A stretch of DNA of 64,000 nt from an uncultured Cellvibrionaceae bacterium (GTDB lineage: Bacteria > Pseudomonadota > Gammaproteobacteria > Pseudomonadales > Cellvibrionaceae): assembly GCA_964434105.1 (NCBI GenBank), contig CAYSTJ010000003.1, forward strand, positions 64,672 through 128,671, in the 5' to 3' direction. The position numbers were made by a program, and so were the translations under genes. The notes under the pieces are model-generated. The model was not told the DNA's origin. It did not search any database and saw only the letters and a list, made by a program, of their open reading frames with translations. Shown piece by piece: positions 1 through 10,624 of the stretch (within the stretch, counting starts at the first letter, position 1; the number at the start of each line of letters is the position of its first letter).

Positions 1-1346
1 GCGGCCGGAGCCGGCGACTCATCCGTCACGTCCAACCGTGGTGGATATCGGAAGAAGTCGTAAATAAACAAGGCTACACCAACGGTGAATATGGACGCAG
101 TGGCGATTAACATCAGGAAATGCACCTGGATTTTCAATTGCGCATCGAGGTATCCCATACCCATTATCCGCTCCAGATACACCTGACCAATCCCCGCAGT
201 AGCAAAGGACAGGGTCATGCCGAACATGCCGGTCAACTGCATCCAGAATGCCCAATACCCGATGCTACTGCCGGATTCCGGCCGTCCTCGGGTCAAGTAG
301 GGGAGCGCGTAAGTTATCATCGCCAGCGTGATCATTGCATAGGCGCCATAGAATGCCGCGTGTCCATGCATGGCGGTAATGAGTGTACCGTGCGTCCACT
401 TGTTAACGCTGGGCCAGGTATGGGCCAGACCGAGCAGCCCGGCGCCAAAAAGGGTAAAGACGGCGCTGCCGAGCGTCCAGTGTAACGCCAGGGTATTGGG
501 GTGAGACAGCCCTGATCGGCGCATGGCGCCGTAAGCATAAATCGCCATCGCAACCAGGGCAGCCGGTTCAAGGGCGCTAAAAAATCCACCGATTGGCAAC
601 CAATAATACGGCACGCCAACCCAATAATAGTGGTGTGCGGTACCGAGAATACCTGCAATAAACACCAGGCCAACAATCACATACAACCACTTTTCCATAA
701 CCTCGCGGTCCGCTCCCGACAAACGGATCAACAGATAGGCCAGAAACGCCCCCATGATCATCATCCAGACACCTTCTACCCATAAGTGGATCGTCCACCA
801 GCGATAAAATATGGAAACGGTGTAGTTTTCATAATGTAAAAGCGCGGGGAAAAACAATACGGCGGAGCTGACCAGACCTATCATTAAGACGCCTTCGGTG
901 GTCGTAAAGCGTCCGGATTTTTTTATCGTCATACCAATGTTATAGAGAAAAATAAGCATACAAACGACTATTACGAGTTTGTGCGGTAATGGCTGCTCCA
1001 GTAACTTGTTACCGGTTCCATAGCGAAACAGGTAGCCGATGATCGCGGTGACACCCATGAGTGTCCACAGACCAAGTTGAATATAGGCCAGTTTGACGCT
1101 ATGCAATTCGGCGCGGGACTCTTCCGGAATCATCCAGTAGGTCGCGCCCATAAATCCCGTCAGTACCCAGACGATCAGCAAATTGGTATGAATCACTTTC
1201 GTCACGTCAAACGGCAAAATATAGAGAAGTGGATCCGGACCCAGGTACTTGGTCGCCGACAGCAGACCAAAAACGAGCTGCAAGCCGAAAAGTACCATTG
1301 CGACGGCGAAGTACCAGTAAGCCACTGTTTGCGATTTATACCGCAT
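1..1346 (-). CDS. norB: Nitric-oxide reductase large subunit NorB (3' end runs off the window)
   Basis: The minus-strand frame is open from the ATG at 1346 (GGAG 9 nt upstream) to the window edge. It is absent from the ORF track because it has no stop inside the window. My translation begins MRYKSQTVAYWYFAVAMVLFGLQ and contains HLWVEGVW, GTAHHYYW, SALEP and AMHGHAAFYG, which are the haem/FeB ligand motifs of NorB-type haem-copper oxidases. Confidence 0.9.
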   Translation of the reverse strand, partial: MRYKSQTVAYWYFAVAMVLFGLQLVFGLLSATKYLGPDPLLYILPFDVTKVIHTNLLIVWVLTGFMGATYWMIPEESRAELHSVKLAYIQLGLWTLMGVTAIIGYLFRYGTGNKLLEQPLPHKLVIVVCMLIFLYNIGMTIKKSGRFTTTEGVLMIGLVSSAVLFFPALLHYENYTVSIFYRWWTIHLWVEGVWMMIMGAFLAYLLIRLSGADREVMEKWLYVIVGLVFIAGILGTAHHYYWVGVPYYWLPIGGFFSALEPAALVAMAIYAYGAMRRSGLSHPNTLALHWTLGSAVFTLFGAGLLGLAHTWPSVNKWTHGTLITAMHGHAAFYGAYAMITLAMITYALPYLTRGRPESGSSIGYWAFWMQLTGMFGMTLSFATAGIGQVYLERIMGMGYLDAQLKIQVHFLMLIATASIFTVGVALFIYDFFRYPPRLDVTDESPAPA

Positions 1347-1602
1347 TGATTTTCTCCATCGAGTTTGAGAGTGGTTCCCGCTCTACAGAAACCCCGGGGT
1401 TGTCTGACATCGTACGTCAATCCAGATGGCAGCTTCCGTAGCCCGGACTGAATGGCCCGTCGAAAGCCGGGTCACCGGCGGCTGAAACTGCGCGCCGGCA
1501 ACATCCCGGTTGACTCGCGAAACCTGCCCGTCTACCGGGTATAGCGGCCAGTTACCTGATTCTGTTGGCGCGGGAACAGCCAGAATCAACAGATGTACAT
1601 CG

Positions 1603-2457
1603 TTATTTATAGGTCGCCAGGTACGCAGTAAGTTGCTCCAGCTGTTCCTGTGTCAGGGTATCTTTATATCCGGTCGGCATAAAAGAGGTACCGCTGGCGG
1701 AGTACATGGAACCGGGGACAATGTGCGCGCTCGGCTCGACAATCGCTTCGTAAATGTATTCCTCGACCGTCTTCGCCTTACCGGTGTAATCACTGGACGC
1801 AATAACTTCTGTGGCGCGCGATACAAGTCCTGCCATTGTCGGCCCGGCCATATCGGCTCCGGGTGCCGTCGAATGGCACGCGTTACAGGCCGGCGTGGCT
1901 GTACGGAAGATTTGCTGCCCAAGCGCTCGTGGATCATTGTCGGCCTTAACAGGGCGGGTACCCGGTGGTACATCCTCACTGTCGACATCATCGCTGATTG
2001 AAACGACGTCCGCACCGGGTATAAAGCTTCCAGTGACGAGAATAGGGCGCGGTGGCCAATCCTGATTATCGACCTTGCTCACCCAATCGAGAAACGCTAT
2101 GAGATCAATAATTTCTTTTTCACTGAGATCCTGTTTGGGCATCAGCCGGCGATGTTTGCTTTCGTCGTAAAAACGCGACGGATCGCGCATATAGGCCTGA
2201 AGATAAGCTTCGCCTCGATGCTGGGTAATCTTGGTGAGATCAGGTGCGTAATAGGCACCTTCGCCAAACAGCGTGTGACAGTTTATACAGTTATATTTGT
2301 GCCAGACGTCCTTACCGTGCGTAACTTCCGGCGTAATATTCTGCGCATTGGTAAGCTTGGGAAATTGTCTGTGGCTATCGATGGTCAGCACAAGAAATAC
2401 CAGTGCAGCAATCGCCGTGGAAGCAATTGCGAACAGACGGGATTGGCGGTTAGTCAT
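1603..2457 (-). CDS. norC: NorC-like cytochrome c subunit fused to a second mono-haem cytochrome c domain
   Basis: 284-aa ORF. It has an N-terminal TM helix and then WHKYNCINCHTLFGEGAYYAPDL...DWPPRP, which matches NorC (normally about 150 aa). The extra C-terminal roughly 120 aa carry a second CNACH haem motif and a class I cytochrome c pattern. Confidence 0.8.
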   Translation of the reverse strand: MTNRQSRLFAIASTAIAALVFLVLTIDSHRQFPKLTNAQNITPEVTHGKDVWHKYNCINCHTLFGEGAYYAPDLTKITQHRGEAYLQAYMRDPSRFYDESKHRRLMPKQDLSEKEIIDLIAFLDWVSKVDNQDWPPRPILVTGSFIPGADVVSISDDVDSEDVPPGTRPVKADNDPRALGQQIFRTATPACNACHSTAPGADMAGPTMAGLVSRATEVIASSDYTGKAKTVEEYIYEAIVEPSAHIVPGSMYSASGTSFMPTGYKDTLTQEQLEQLTAYLATYK

Positions 2458-2469
2458 TGTCGGGGCGCC

Positions 2470-2595
2470 TTATACGCTTATTCCGGACCAATAAAGGATA
2501 GCAATTGAGAACGCGTAAACTATTGCAATTGCCATAGCTGACAAAACAACGAAGCTCAGGATTCTGATGGGTCCGAATAGTTGTTTGGCTTGCAT
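2470..2595 (-). CDS. Possible 41-aa single-TM peptide just upstream of norC
   Basis: Hand translation gives MQAKQLFGPIRILSFVVLSAMAIAIVYAFSIAILYWSGISV. GAGAG lies 4 nt upstream of the ATG and the stop is 13 nt before the norC start. It is too short for the ORF track and I recognise no homolog. Confidence 0.25.
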   Translation of the reverse strand: MQAKQLFGPIRILSFVVLSAMAIAIVYAFSIAILYWSGISV

Positions 2596-2995
2596 ATGAA
2601 CTCTCTTTTTTTTTATTCGTTCAGAACAGAGGATAACATTGGACAGCGAAAGCGCAAGCGCTGCATCACTATTCTTCTGGAAATTTTTTCGACACGGCAG
2701 ATCTTTTCGTCACCTGATGCACTCGACATTCATTCGCATCTTTCACATATTCCGGCGCTATCGGAATAACCGGTTTCTCTGCTCACGACCTTCCCGGTGG
2801 CTTCTCACGGGGGGGGCAGATCGCCGGGAAAAATCCCTCCGCAGCTTTGGTCGTCGCGGATTACCCAGACAGCGTTGGCTATACGGGACTCTCGCGGAAC
2901 AGGATCAATCTGTCATCGACAGCATAAGATGCATCCAATATACACCTTAAACGACTCGCGGTACAATGACAAAAGCCGGGTTTTCGACGACGTGG

Positions 2996-3025
2996 TGTGA
3001 CCATCGCCGTTGAAATGCCTATAAT
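2996..3025 (+). promoter_or_regulatory. Candidate sigma70 promoter for gdhA
   Basis: TGTGAC (2996-3001), an 18-nt spacer and a perfect TATAAT (3020-3025), about 50 nt upstream of the gdhA start. Confidence 0.3.
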
Positions 3026-3059
3026 GACGCACTTTTTTCCAAGTCTAACGCCAGACTGA

Positions 3060-4430
<1,371 letters not shown>

Positions 4431-4471
4431 CATCACATCCTGCCGCCGGCGTATCGTCTGCACCGGCGACA

Positions 4472-4532
4472 GTCACTATTCAGCTCATGCCGTAGTAACT
4501 ATTCAGCTCGTTTCGTAACTGTTTAGATCGCG
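4472..4532 (+). repeat. Three tandem units of a dispersed (G)TAACTATTCAGC-type motif
   Basis: The units are gtcactattcagctc, gtaactattcagctc and gtaactgtttagatc. The same motif recurs at 19862, 40595-40692, 57845-57973 and 62553-62568. Confidence 0.7.
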
Positions 4533-4722
4533 TCCAGATTTGTTCAGAGCAAGGCGAAAAATGTGAGTTTACGCGTGTAAATACGCCGCGCATCCTGGGC
4601 TTCGCCCAGCGGGCTGCCTGGTCAGGTATTCAAACCTGTTCCCGCCAGGTTTGTAACAATTTTTTAACGCAGCTTTCATTTGTAGGTGCAGGGGCAAATC
4701 GGGGTTGAGCTGAACAGCTATC
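4515..4722 (+). repeat. Copy 1 of a roughly 180-210-bp intergenic repeat (MITE-like or sRNA-like)
   Basis: It aligns in the same orientation with 62388-62568, including a long near-identical core (gcgtccagatttgttcagagcaaggcgaaaaatgtgagtttacgcgtgt). The ends are inverted copies of the AACT..TTCAGC motif. An internal hairpin CAAACCTG-N7-CAGGTTTG (4631-4653) is followed by T6. Confidence 0.85.
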
Positions 4723-4753
4723 ATAAATACAAACCATCCATGACAACCCAATC

Positions 4754-6208
4754 ATGATAAACCGCACGGTAACATTTTACCTCCTGACGTTCCCGGTCGG
4801 TTTGATGGGCGCGGTGCAAAGTATTTTTGGTCTGATGTCATTAACGGCCATACAGGATGGCGTCGGTCTGCATTTTCTGGGGCCGGGCGCCGTTATGCTA
4901 CTCATGACCGTAATCGTCATCGCACTCAGAGGACGCATTGACACGAGCAGGCTGGGCTTTCGTGACGCACTGTTTTTCGCAACGACTGCCTGGGTGATAT
5001 CGGGATTGCTCGGCGCGATACCGATTTTTTTAATCACGGGGACATCGGTAACGAACAGCGTATTCGAATCTGTCAGCGGCATCACGACAACGGGCGCGAC
5101 CGTACTTGCCGGGCTGGATGAAATGCCACCGACATTTTTAATGTACCGCCAATTTCTCCAGTGGTTGGGTGGGTTGGGTGTGGTCATTTTTGTTGTTGCC
5201 GTGTTACCCATGTTGAATGTGGGAGGCATGAAGCTGCTGAAGGCGGAAACACCCGGTCCCATTAAAGATGAAAAACTGTCACCACGAATAGCGAACACCA
5301 CACACTATCTGCTACTTGTTTACCTGTCCCTGACGTGCCTGTGTGCTGTCATTTATTATATTTGCGGGATGAGCGGATTTGATGCTGTCGCGCACGCGTT
5401 TACCACGGTTTCGACAGGCGGATTCTCCACTTACGATGCCAGCCTGGGCCATTTCAATAGCTACTGGATATTGTTGGGCGCGAACATTTTTATGCTGGCA
5501 GGGGCCATCAGCTTCGCCCTGCATTACAAGGCATGGCACTTCAGAACATCCCGATTATATTGGAGCGATGAAGAAACGCGCTGGTTTATTCTCATCGTCG
5601 CGGCGCTGTCTCTGTTTATTATGCTTGTGTTAATCAGCAACAGTCATTATGACAGCGCACTGGACACCCTGGTTTTTTCCTCATTCCATTTGGTCTCTTT
5701 CATTACCAGCACCGGCTTTGAGGCCGCCAATGTTACGGAATGGCCGTCAGTCGTCATGTTTCTGTTGGTATGCGCCGGATATTTGGGGGGCTGCGCCGGA
5801 TCGACAGCCGGCGGAAATAAAATCATCCGCAACATTTTATGCGTTCGCCTGGTGAACCTTGAGATAAAACGACTGATCCATCCAAAAGCCGTGTTCGTCG
5901 TCAAGTACCAGGGACGACCACTGGAAACCGACGTCATGAGCGCAACCGTCGCTTATATGACGGCGTCCGCCAGCATCACACTGCTGTTTACACTCGCACT
6001 GATAACGACTGGCCTGGACTTCTGGTCAGCATTTACTGCAGTCGCTGCGTGCATCAATGTTCTGGGGCCTGCCTTTGGAACGCTGGGAAGCAACTACCAG
6101 CCAGTTTCTGATGCCGGTAAATGGATACTGACTGTTGCGATGATAATGGGCCGTTTGGAATTCTTCACCATACTTGCACTTCTCTCGCCCAGCTTCTGGC
6201 GCCAATAG
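4754..6208 (+). CDS. trkH: TrkH/KtrB-family potassium uptake membrane subunit
   Basis: 484-aa polytopic ORF with repeated selectivity-filter-like motifs (SGITTTGATVL, TVSTGGFST, ITSTGFE, STAGGNK) typical of TrkH. Confidence 0.9.
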   Translation: MINRTVTFYLLTFPVGLMGAVQSIFGLMSLTAIQDGVGLHFLGPGAVMLLMTVIVIALRGRIDTSRLGFRDALFFATTAWVISGLLGAIPIFLITGTSVTNSVFESVSGITTTGATVLAGLDEMPPTFLMYRQFLQWLGGLGVVIFVVAVLPMLNVGGMKLLKAETPGPIKDEKLSPRIANTTHYLLLVYLSLTCLCAVIYYICGMSGFDAVAHAFTTVSTGGFSTYDASLGHFNSYWILLGANIFMLAGAISFALHYKAWHFRTSRLYWSDEETRWFILIVAALSLFIMLVLISNSHYDSALDTLVFSSFHLVSFITSTGFEAANVTEWPSVVMFLLVCAGYLGGCAGSTAGGNKIIRNILCVRLVNLEIKRLIHPKAVFVVKYQGRPLETDVMSATVAYMTASASITLLFTLALITTGLDFWSAFTAVAACINVLGPAFGTLGSNYQPVSDAGKWILTVAMIMGRLEFFTILALLSPSFWRQ

Positions 6209-6217
6209 CGGCACCGG

Positions 6218-7993
6218 CTATTTATGCAACGGCCAGCCGAGTAACAGAATGGTCACAGTGACCATACCCATGCAAATATTCATCGGCAAACCGACCTTGA
6301 TAAAATCTGTAAATCGGTAACCGCCGGGGCCGTAAACCATGAGGTTCGTCTGGTAGCCCAGCGGCGTCGCGAAACTGGAAGAGGCCGCCATCATAATGGC
6401 GAATACAAACGGCTCATTGTTCAAACCCGCCGCTGCGGTAAGGTTTAGCACGATAGGCAGCATAATAATCGCAGCCGCATTGTTGGTGACTACCTCAGTC
6501 AGGACTGACACCGTCAAGTAGACCAAAATCAACATAAGCCAGGCATGGCCGCCGCTCAGGCTGACTATATTCTCGGCCAGGAATGCCGACACGCCCGTTT
6601 TCTGCAAGGCTACACCCAGCGAGAATGATGCGCCGATGGTCACGAGTACATTAAGATCCAGACTTTTTTCTGCCTGACTCAGTGAGCAGCAACCGGTGGC
6701 AATCATAAGCGCAGCACCGATCAACGCCGCGTTCAACATACTGATAAGCCCCAATCCGGCGGCACCAACAATAATAATCAAAATAATCCAGGACAGGTAG
6801 GCACGGTCGTGGCGGGGCGGTTCAGAATCCAGGTCGCTGATCAGCAAAAAGTCTTTATTGTACCGTTGACGACTGACAAAGGCGGGGCGGGCTTCGAGTA
6901 ACAGCGTGTCTCCGGCAGCCAGCCTTATGGTGCCGAGGTTGCCCTTCACTCGCTCGCCATTCCGCGCCACAGCGAGGACGGCAGCACCATAACGATCGCG
7001 AAAGCGCGCATCACGAATCGCGTGACCCACAGCGTCGCAGTGCGGCGACACCACCGCCTCTACCAATCGACGCTCGGAGTGTGCCGTTGCCAACGTCATT
7101 TCCCCGCTGACCTGTTCCGACGGCAAAACACCGTTAATGCGTAATAAGTCGGAGATAGCTTCAGTGTCGCCGGCAAACACCAATCGGTCTCCCCCTTTAA
7201 GCACCTCCTCTGAGGACACTGCCGTTACAATATTGCCTTCCCGTTCAATCTCGATCAGATAGACCCTTTTCAGGTTACGCAGACCGGCCGCGACAACCGT
7301 TTTGCCAACGAGAGGGCCATTCGGATCGACCAATAATTCGAGCGTAAATTCACGCAGGTTGGCGAAAACCTGACTCTGCTTCCGATCGGGTAGCCATTTC
7401 GGAAAGAATATCAGCATAAAAGTCACCCCGAAAATCGCAGCAGGGAGGCCCACCGCCGTGATAGAAAACAGGGAGAAGCCGGACTCACCGGTAATTGATT
7501 GATACTGACCATTGACAACCAGATTGGTGCTGGTCCCGATCATGGTGAGAGTCCCGCCGAGAATGGCGCTATAACTCAAAGGGATCATCAATTTGGAGGG
7601 TGATATATTGATTTTACGCGACCAGGCGTGAATTCCCGGGATCATGGTGGCAACGACAGGGGTGTTATTGAGAAACCCACTCAGCAGCATAACTGGCGAA
7701 AAAATCCTCACCAACGCTCCGCGAACGGACCTGGGTTGCCCCAACGCTTTGTTTACAAGCAGGTCTATGCCGCCCGATGCGTGAATACCTGCTGCAACAA
7801 TAAACATGGCAGCAACCGTAACCAACCCTTCATTGGCGAATCCACCCAGGGCTTCGCTTGCTGTCAGCACGCCCGTGACGCTGAGTAAGGTCAGAACGCC
7901 CATCATAACCAGATGCGGGCTGACCCTTGTGGTCACCAGGGTTGCCAGAGCCCCAAATGTCAGCAACAACGAAAACCAGCCTTGCCACGCCAT
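6218..7993 (-). CDS. SLC13/DASS-family anion permease with two central TrkA-C (RCK_C) domains
   Basis: 591-aa ORF. Two membrane halves flank a soluble segment with two repeats of the GKTV..L..RV.LIEIER / GHAI...RF...YGA.VLAVAR type, as in YbiR/CitT-like permeases. Confidence 0.85.
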   Translation of the reverse strand: MAWQGWFSLLLTFGALATLVTTRVSPHLVMMGVLTLLSVTGVLTASEALGGFANEGLVTVAAMFIVAAGIHASGGIDLLVNKALGQPRSVRGALVRIFSPVMLLSGFLNNTPVVATMIPGIHAWSRKINISPSKLMIPLSYSAILGGTLTMIGTSTNLVVNGQYQSITGESGFSLFSITAVGLPAAIFGVTFMLIFFPKWLPDRKQSQVFANLREFTLELLVDPNGPLVGKTVVAAGLRNLKRVYLIEIEREGNIVTAVSSEEVLKGGDRLVFAGDTEAISDLLRINGVLPSEQVSGEMTLATAHSERRLVEAVVSPHCDAVGHAIRDARFRDRYGAAVLAVARNGERVKGNLGTIRLAAGDTLLLEARPAFVSRQRYNKDFLLISDLDSEPPRHDRAYLSWIILIIIVGAAGLGLISMLNAALIGAALMIATGCCSLSQAEKSLDLNVLVTIGASFSLGVALQKTGVSAFLAENIVSLSGGHAWLMLILVYLTVSVLTEVVTNNAAAIIMLPIVLNLTAAAGLNNEPFVFAIMMAASSSFATPLGYQTNLMVYGPGGYRFTDFIKVGLPMNICMGMVTVTILLLGWPLHK

Positions 7994-8170
7994 ACGTTAT
8001 CCTTAAGAAAATAAGGCGCATAGAGTAGAACCTTTTTGCACAATAAAAAAGATCCGAAAAGTTATGAGCTAATAACCGTTGAACAGGTACTCGTAATTAA
8101 TTGACAAAACGGGTCGACAACCCAGGAGGAGGGCGCCTCAGCCTGGGGCATACCGCTGTATTCTGAGCTC

Positions 8171-8204
8171 AAAAAAAACCGGGATCGACTCGCGTCGACC
8201 CCGG
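8171..8204 (-). terminator. Rho-independent terminator of the GH5 gene
   Basis: On the minus strand, CCGGGGTCGAC-gcga-GTCGATCCCGG (10 bp, one mismatch) is followed by T8, about 60 nt after the stop at 8267. Confidence 0.8.
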
Positions 8205-8266
8205 CTGGTGTTGCTTCATGTATCGCCCGTTCGGATATTATCCGTCAGGACGCAAGGGGAGTTATA

Positions 8267-9892
8267 TTAAATACCCCAGAGACGCTTCAACAATGAAGTT
8301 TTTCTGGTATCCATTTCACCCCACTCACCCCAGGCTTCTTCGTTGGTGTCGGGTGCATATGGCGTAGTATAGATACCGCCGGTATCCCCGGATTCAGGGT
8401 TGATTGACCAGTAGCAGGCGAATATATTTTTCTCGATCATATAATCGACAAAATGATTTTGCCATTCTTCGTCAATACCGGGTGAGATGTGGCTCCACAT
8501 TTCCTGCTCTGCTGCACGGGTGTTGTTGGGCCAGTCCATGTTTCCGCCGAACTCACCGACGATCATGGGGTGGTTGTACTCACCATCGCGGAGGTAGCCG
8601 AAGTGCTCATCCCAGCCTGCTCTCATCAACTCGACAGTACTGGCACTGAATTCAATCTGGCAATCCGCATTACCGGCTTCATCGCCTTCCAGGCCTTCAC
8701 AGCCAGTCAGGAAGTGATTCTGTACGAACACCGACGGACCATAGGTGTGCGGAGAAATTACCAGTCGCTCATGAGGAATGTCGAGCGGCCGACCGTTAGT
8801 GCCATCGCCTGCGTATCCCCAAAAGTTCTCACCCCAGTTTGGGTTGGTCGCTGAATCGCCATGTGGGATTTCTACGCCTTCAGAAGTCAAGGAACCTATA
8901 CCTTCAACCAGAATCAACACGTCAGAGTTGACGGAATCAATGGCCTCAAACGCTCTCTCGGACAGCGTGGCCCACTCATCCCAGGTGTAATCCCACGGTT
9001 CGTTAAAAATATCGATACCCAGGATGTTGTCTACGCCGAGCTCTGCATTAAATCCAGCGATCTGCCGCAGATTATCCAGCCAGGCGGCCTCATTATAAGG
9101 CTGGTCATTGGTGGCACCGCCGCCACACGACCATTGGCTGCGAGTAAACTCATAACCTTCACGATCCTGATCAGCATAGGGTGGGTTGGCATCCAGTCGG
9201 CCTGCGCGCCAGCCGAGATAGTTAGAGCAGGAATGAATGTCGATGATCAAATCGATATCATTCTGGTCAGCCAGCTGGATAAAATTCTTCAATGCATCCA
9301 GGGCATCACCGCTGTCCTGGCCAAGCTCTGCACGAACAGACTCGTGGTTTTTCAGCGCACCGCCGTCCTGTGCAGCACCCATACCCTGCTCATTACCAGC
9401 TTCAAGTGTTTGCGGTGCGATAGGCAGACGGACTACGTTAATGCCCAGATCCTTGATTTCGTCAAAAGTCTGCTGAACGGTTCGGCCGCTGCCTTCACCG
9501 CCATTTGCCCACCACATATTACCGACGTACAGCTCCAGTGGCGCACCGTCCGCATTGTTATCGGCATCCTTCGGCTCGTGTTGACCTTCCAGACCAAACC
9601 AGTTGCCGCAACGAACCGGCAGGGGAGAACCGTTTTTGGTGATCTCGCCAGCTGAGTTAACCCGGAACATACCCTCAGTAACAGGCGTAGGTGTCGGTGT
9701 CGGTGTCGGTGTCGGCGTAGGCGTTGGCGTAGGGGTTGGCGTCGGAGCAGGGGTTGGCGTCGGAGCAGGGGTTGGCGTCGGAGTCGGCGTTGGACCATCA
9801 CCACCACATGCAACCAAGCTAAACGCTATTATACTGGCACTGGCCAGTTTAATCGGCATTGGCCATGAAGTTGGCTTTTTAAATGAGGACAT
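8267..9892 (-). CDS. Glycoside hydrolase family 5 endoglucanase, lipoprotein with a (Thr-Pro)n linker
   Basis: 541-aa ORF with a lipobox (SLVAC) and a roughly 35-residue TP/AP linker. The GH5 catalytic motifs are IFNEPW (acid/base) and VGEFGG (nucleophile). Confidence 0.9.
   Translation of the reverse strand: MSSFKKPTSWPMPIKLASASIIAFSLVACGGDGPTPTPTPTPAPTPTPAPTPTPTPTPTPTPTPTPTPTPVTEGMFRVNSAGEITKNGSPLPVRCGNWFGLEGQHEPKDADNNADGAPLELYVGNMWWANGGEGSGRTVQQTFDEIKDLGINVVRLPIAPQTLEAGNEQGMGAAQDGGALKNHESVRAELGQDSGDALDALKNFIQLADQNDIDLIIDIHSCSNYLGWRAGRLDANPPYADQDREGYEFTRSQWSCGGGATNDQPYNEAAWLDNLRQIAGFNAELGVDNILGIDIFNEPWDYTWDEWATLSERAFEAIDSVNSDVLILVEGIGSLTSEGVEIPHGDSATNPNWGENFWGYAGDGTNGRPLDIPHERLVISPHTYGPSVFVQNHFLTGCEGLEGDEAGNADCQIEFSASTVELMRAGWDEHFGYLRDGEYNHPMIVGEFGGNMDWPNNTRAAEQEMWSHISPGIDEEWQNHFVDYMIEKNIFACYWSINPESGDTGGIYTTPYAPDTNEEAWGEWGEMDTRKTSLLKRLWGI
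9683..9793 (-). repeat. Low-complexity tandem coding repeat ((Thr-Pro)n linker of GH5)
   Basis: ggtgtcggtgtcggtgtcggtgtc, followed by an exact 18-nt tandem duplication (gcaggggttggcgtcgga x2). Confidence 0.9.
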
Positions 9893-10457
9893 AGGACTTA
9901 TTCCTTCGTTGAGTCTTTAGGACTATTGGTTGAAATACCTTATTATTGTTAGCCGCAACACGATGCAATCTGTGCAGCATTCAGAAGCAGTTAACTTCAC
10001 GAAATACCTTACAGTAATTCAGCAAGTGGAGAAGCCACGCAATTCTCAATCCTGAGGAATAGCTCCTTTTTATAAGGGGCCCATTGTAGCCCAGCGTTCT
10101 CAAAGGAGTGCACTAGACAGATTTTGTATTTTTTAACTGTTTCTCATTAACAAGCCGGCAAATGGAACCGGTGTGAACTGGTCGACCCATTCTTCGTATA
10201 ATTACCGGCTTCTCTGCAAATTAATAAAGCTTATTTTTGTAGGTCCTGTCTGTCCATTGTTGTAGTCCCGCCGTACGTTTTTTGCCCGCCCGCGCCCGCG
10301 CTCAGTGCGTCAGGCTTTAACCATTATTTGGCCGGCGGCAAGCAATAGGGTTGCGAACACAAAAAATTCAAACATCGACGATGATCAAATTATGGACAGC
10401 AAATGCTTGCGTGTTCTGAAGCAGGGGGACGGTATCGCTGTTTATACCCATGGCTTT

Positions 10458-10486
10458 ATAGCCTCGTCTTTTGAGGCTATTTTTTT
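10458..10486 (+). terminator. Orphan intrinsic terminator in the 730-bp GH5/VIT intergenic region
   Basis: ATAGCCTC-gtctttt-GAGGCTAT followed by T7. There is no credible protein gene upstream on the + strand. Confidence 0.7.
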
Positions 10487-10624
10487 GAGGCTGAGGCTAT
10501 AGCTTTAAGTCTATAGTTCTGAGTACTCTTATTATGCGAAACGCCGTGTGCGCTATAGACGCCTGTCTGAAAGGCCTGAAACACGGTAGAATATCACATC
10601 AGTCAATATCACGCCGAGTCCGTC

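Noticed and set aside
2714-2727. A CTGAT-N4-TCGAC element as a possible FNR/Dnr box upstream of norC.
   Set aside because: Only about 6 of 10 consensus positions match and it is not palindromic, so it is no better than chance.
4626-4653. A tRNA T-arm-like string (GGTATTCAAACC) inside the repeat element.
   Set aside because: No acceptor, D or anticodon arms can be drawn around it. It is part of the repeat hairpin.
4569-4751. 60-aa ORFs predicted inside both copies of the 200-bp repeat (4569-4751 minus strand; 62345-62527 plus strand).
   Set aside because: The two DNA copies are in the same orientation but the ORFs are on opposite strands, so no reading frame is conserved.
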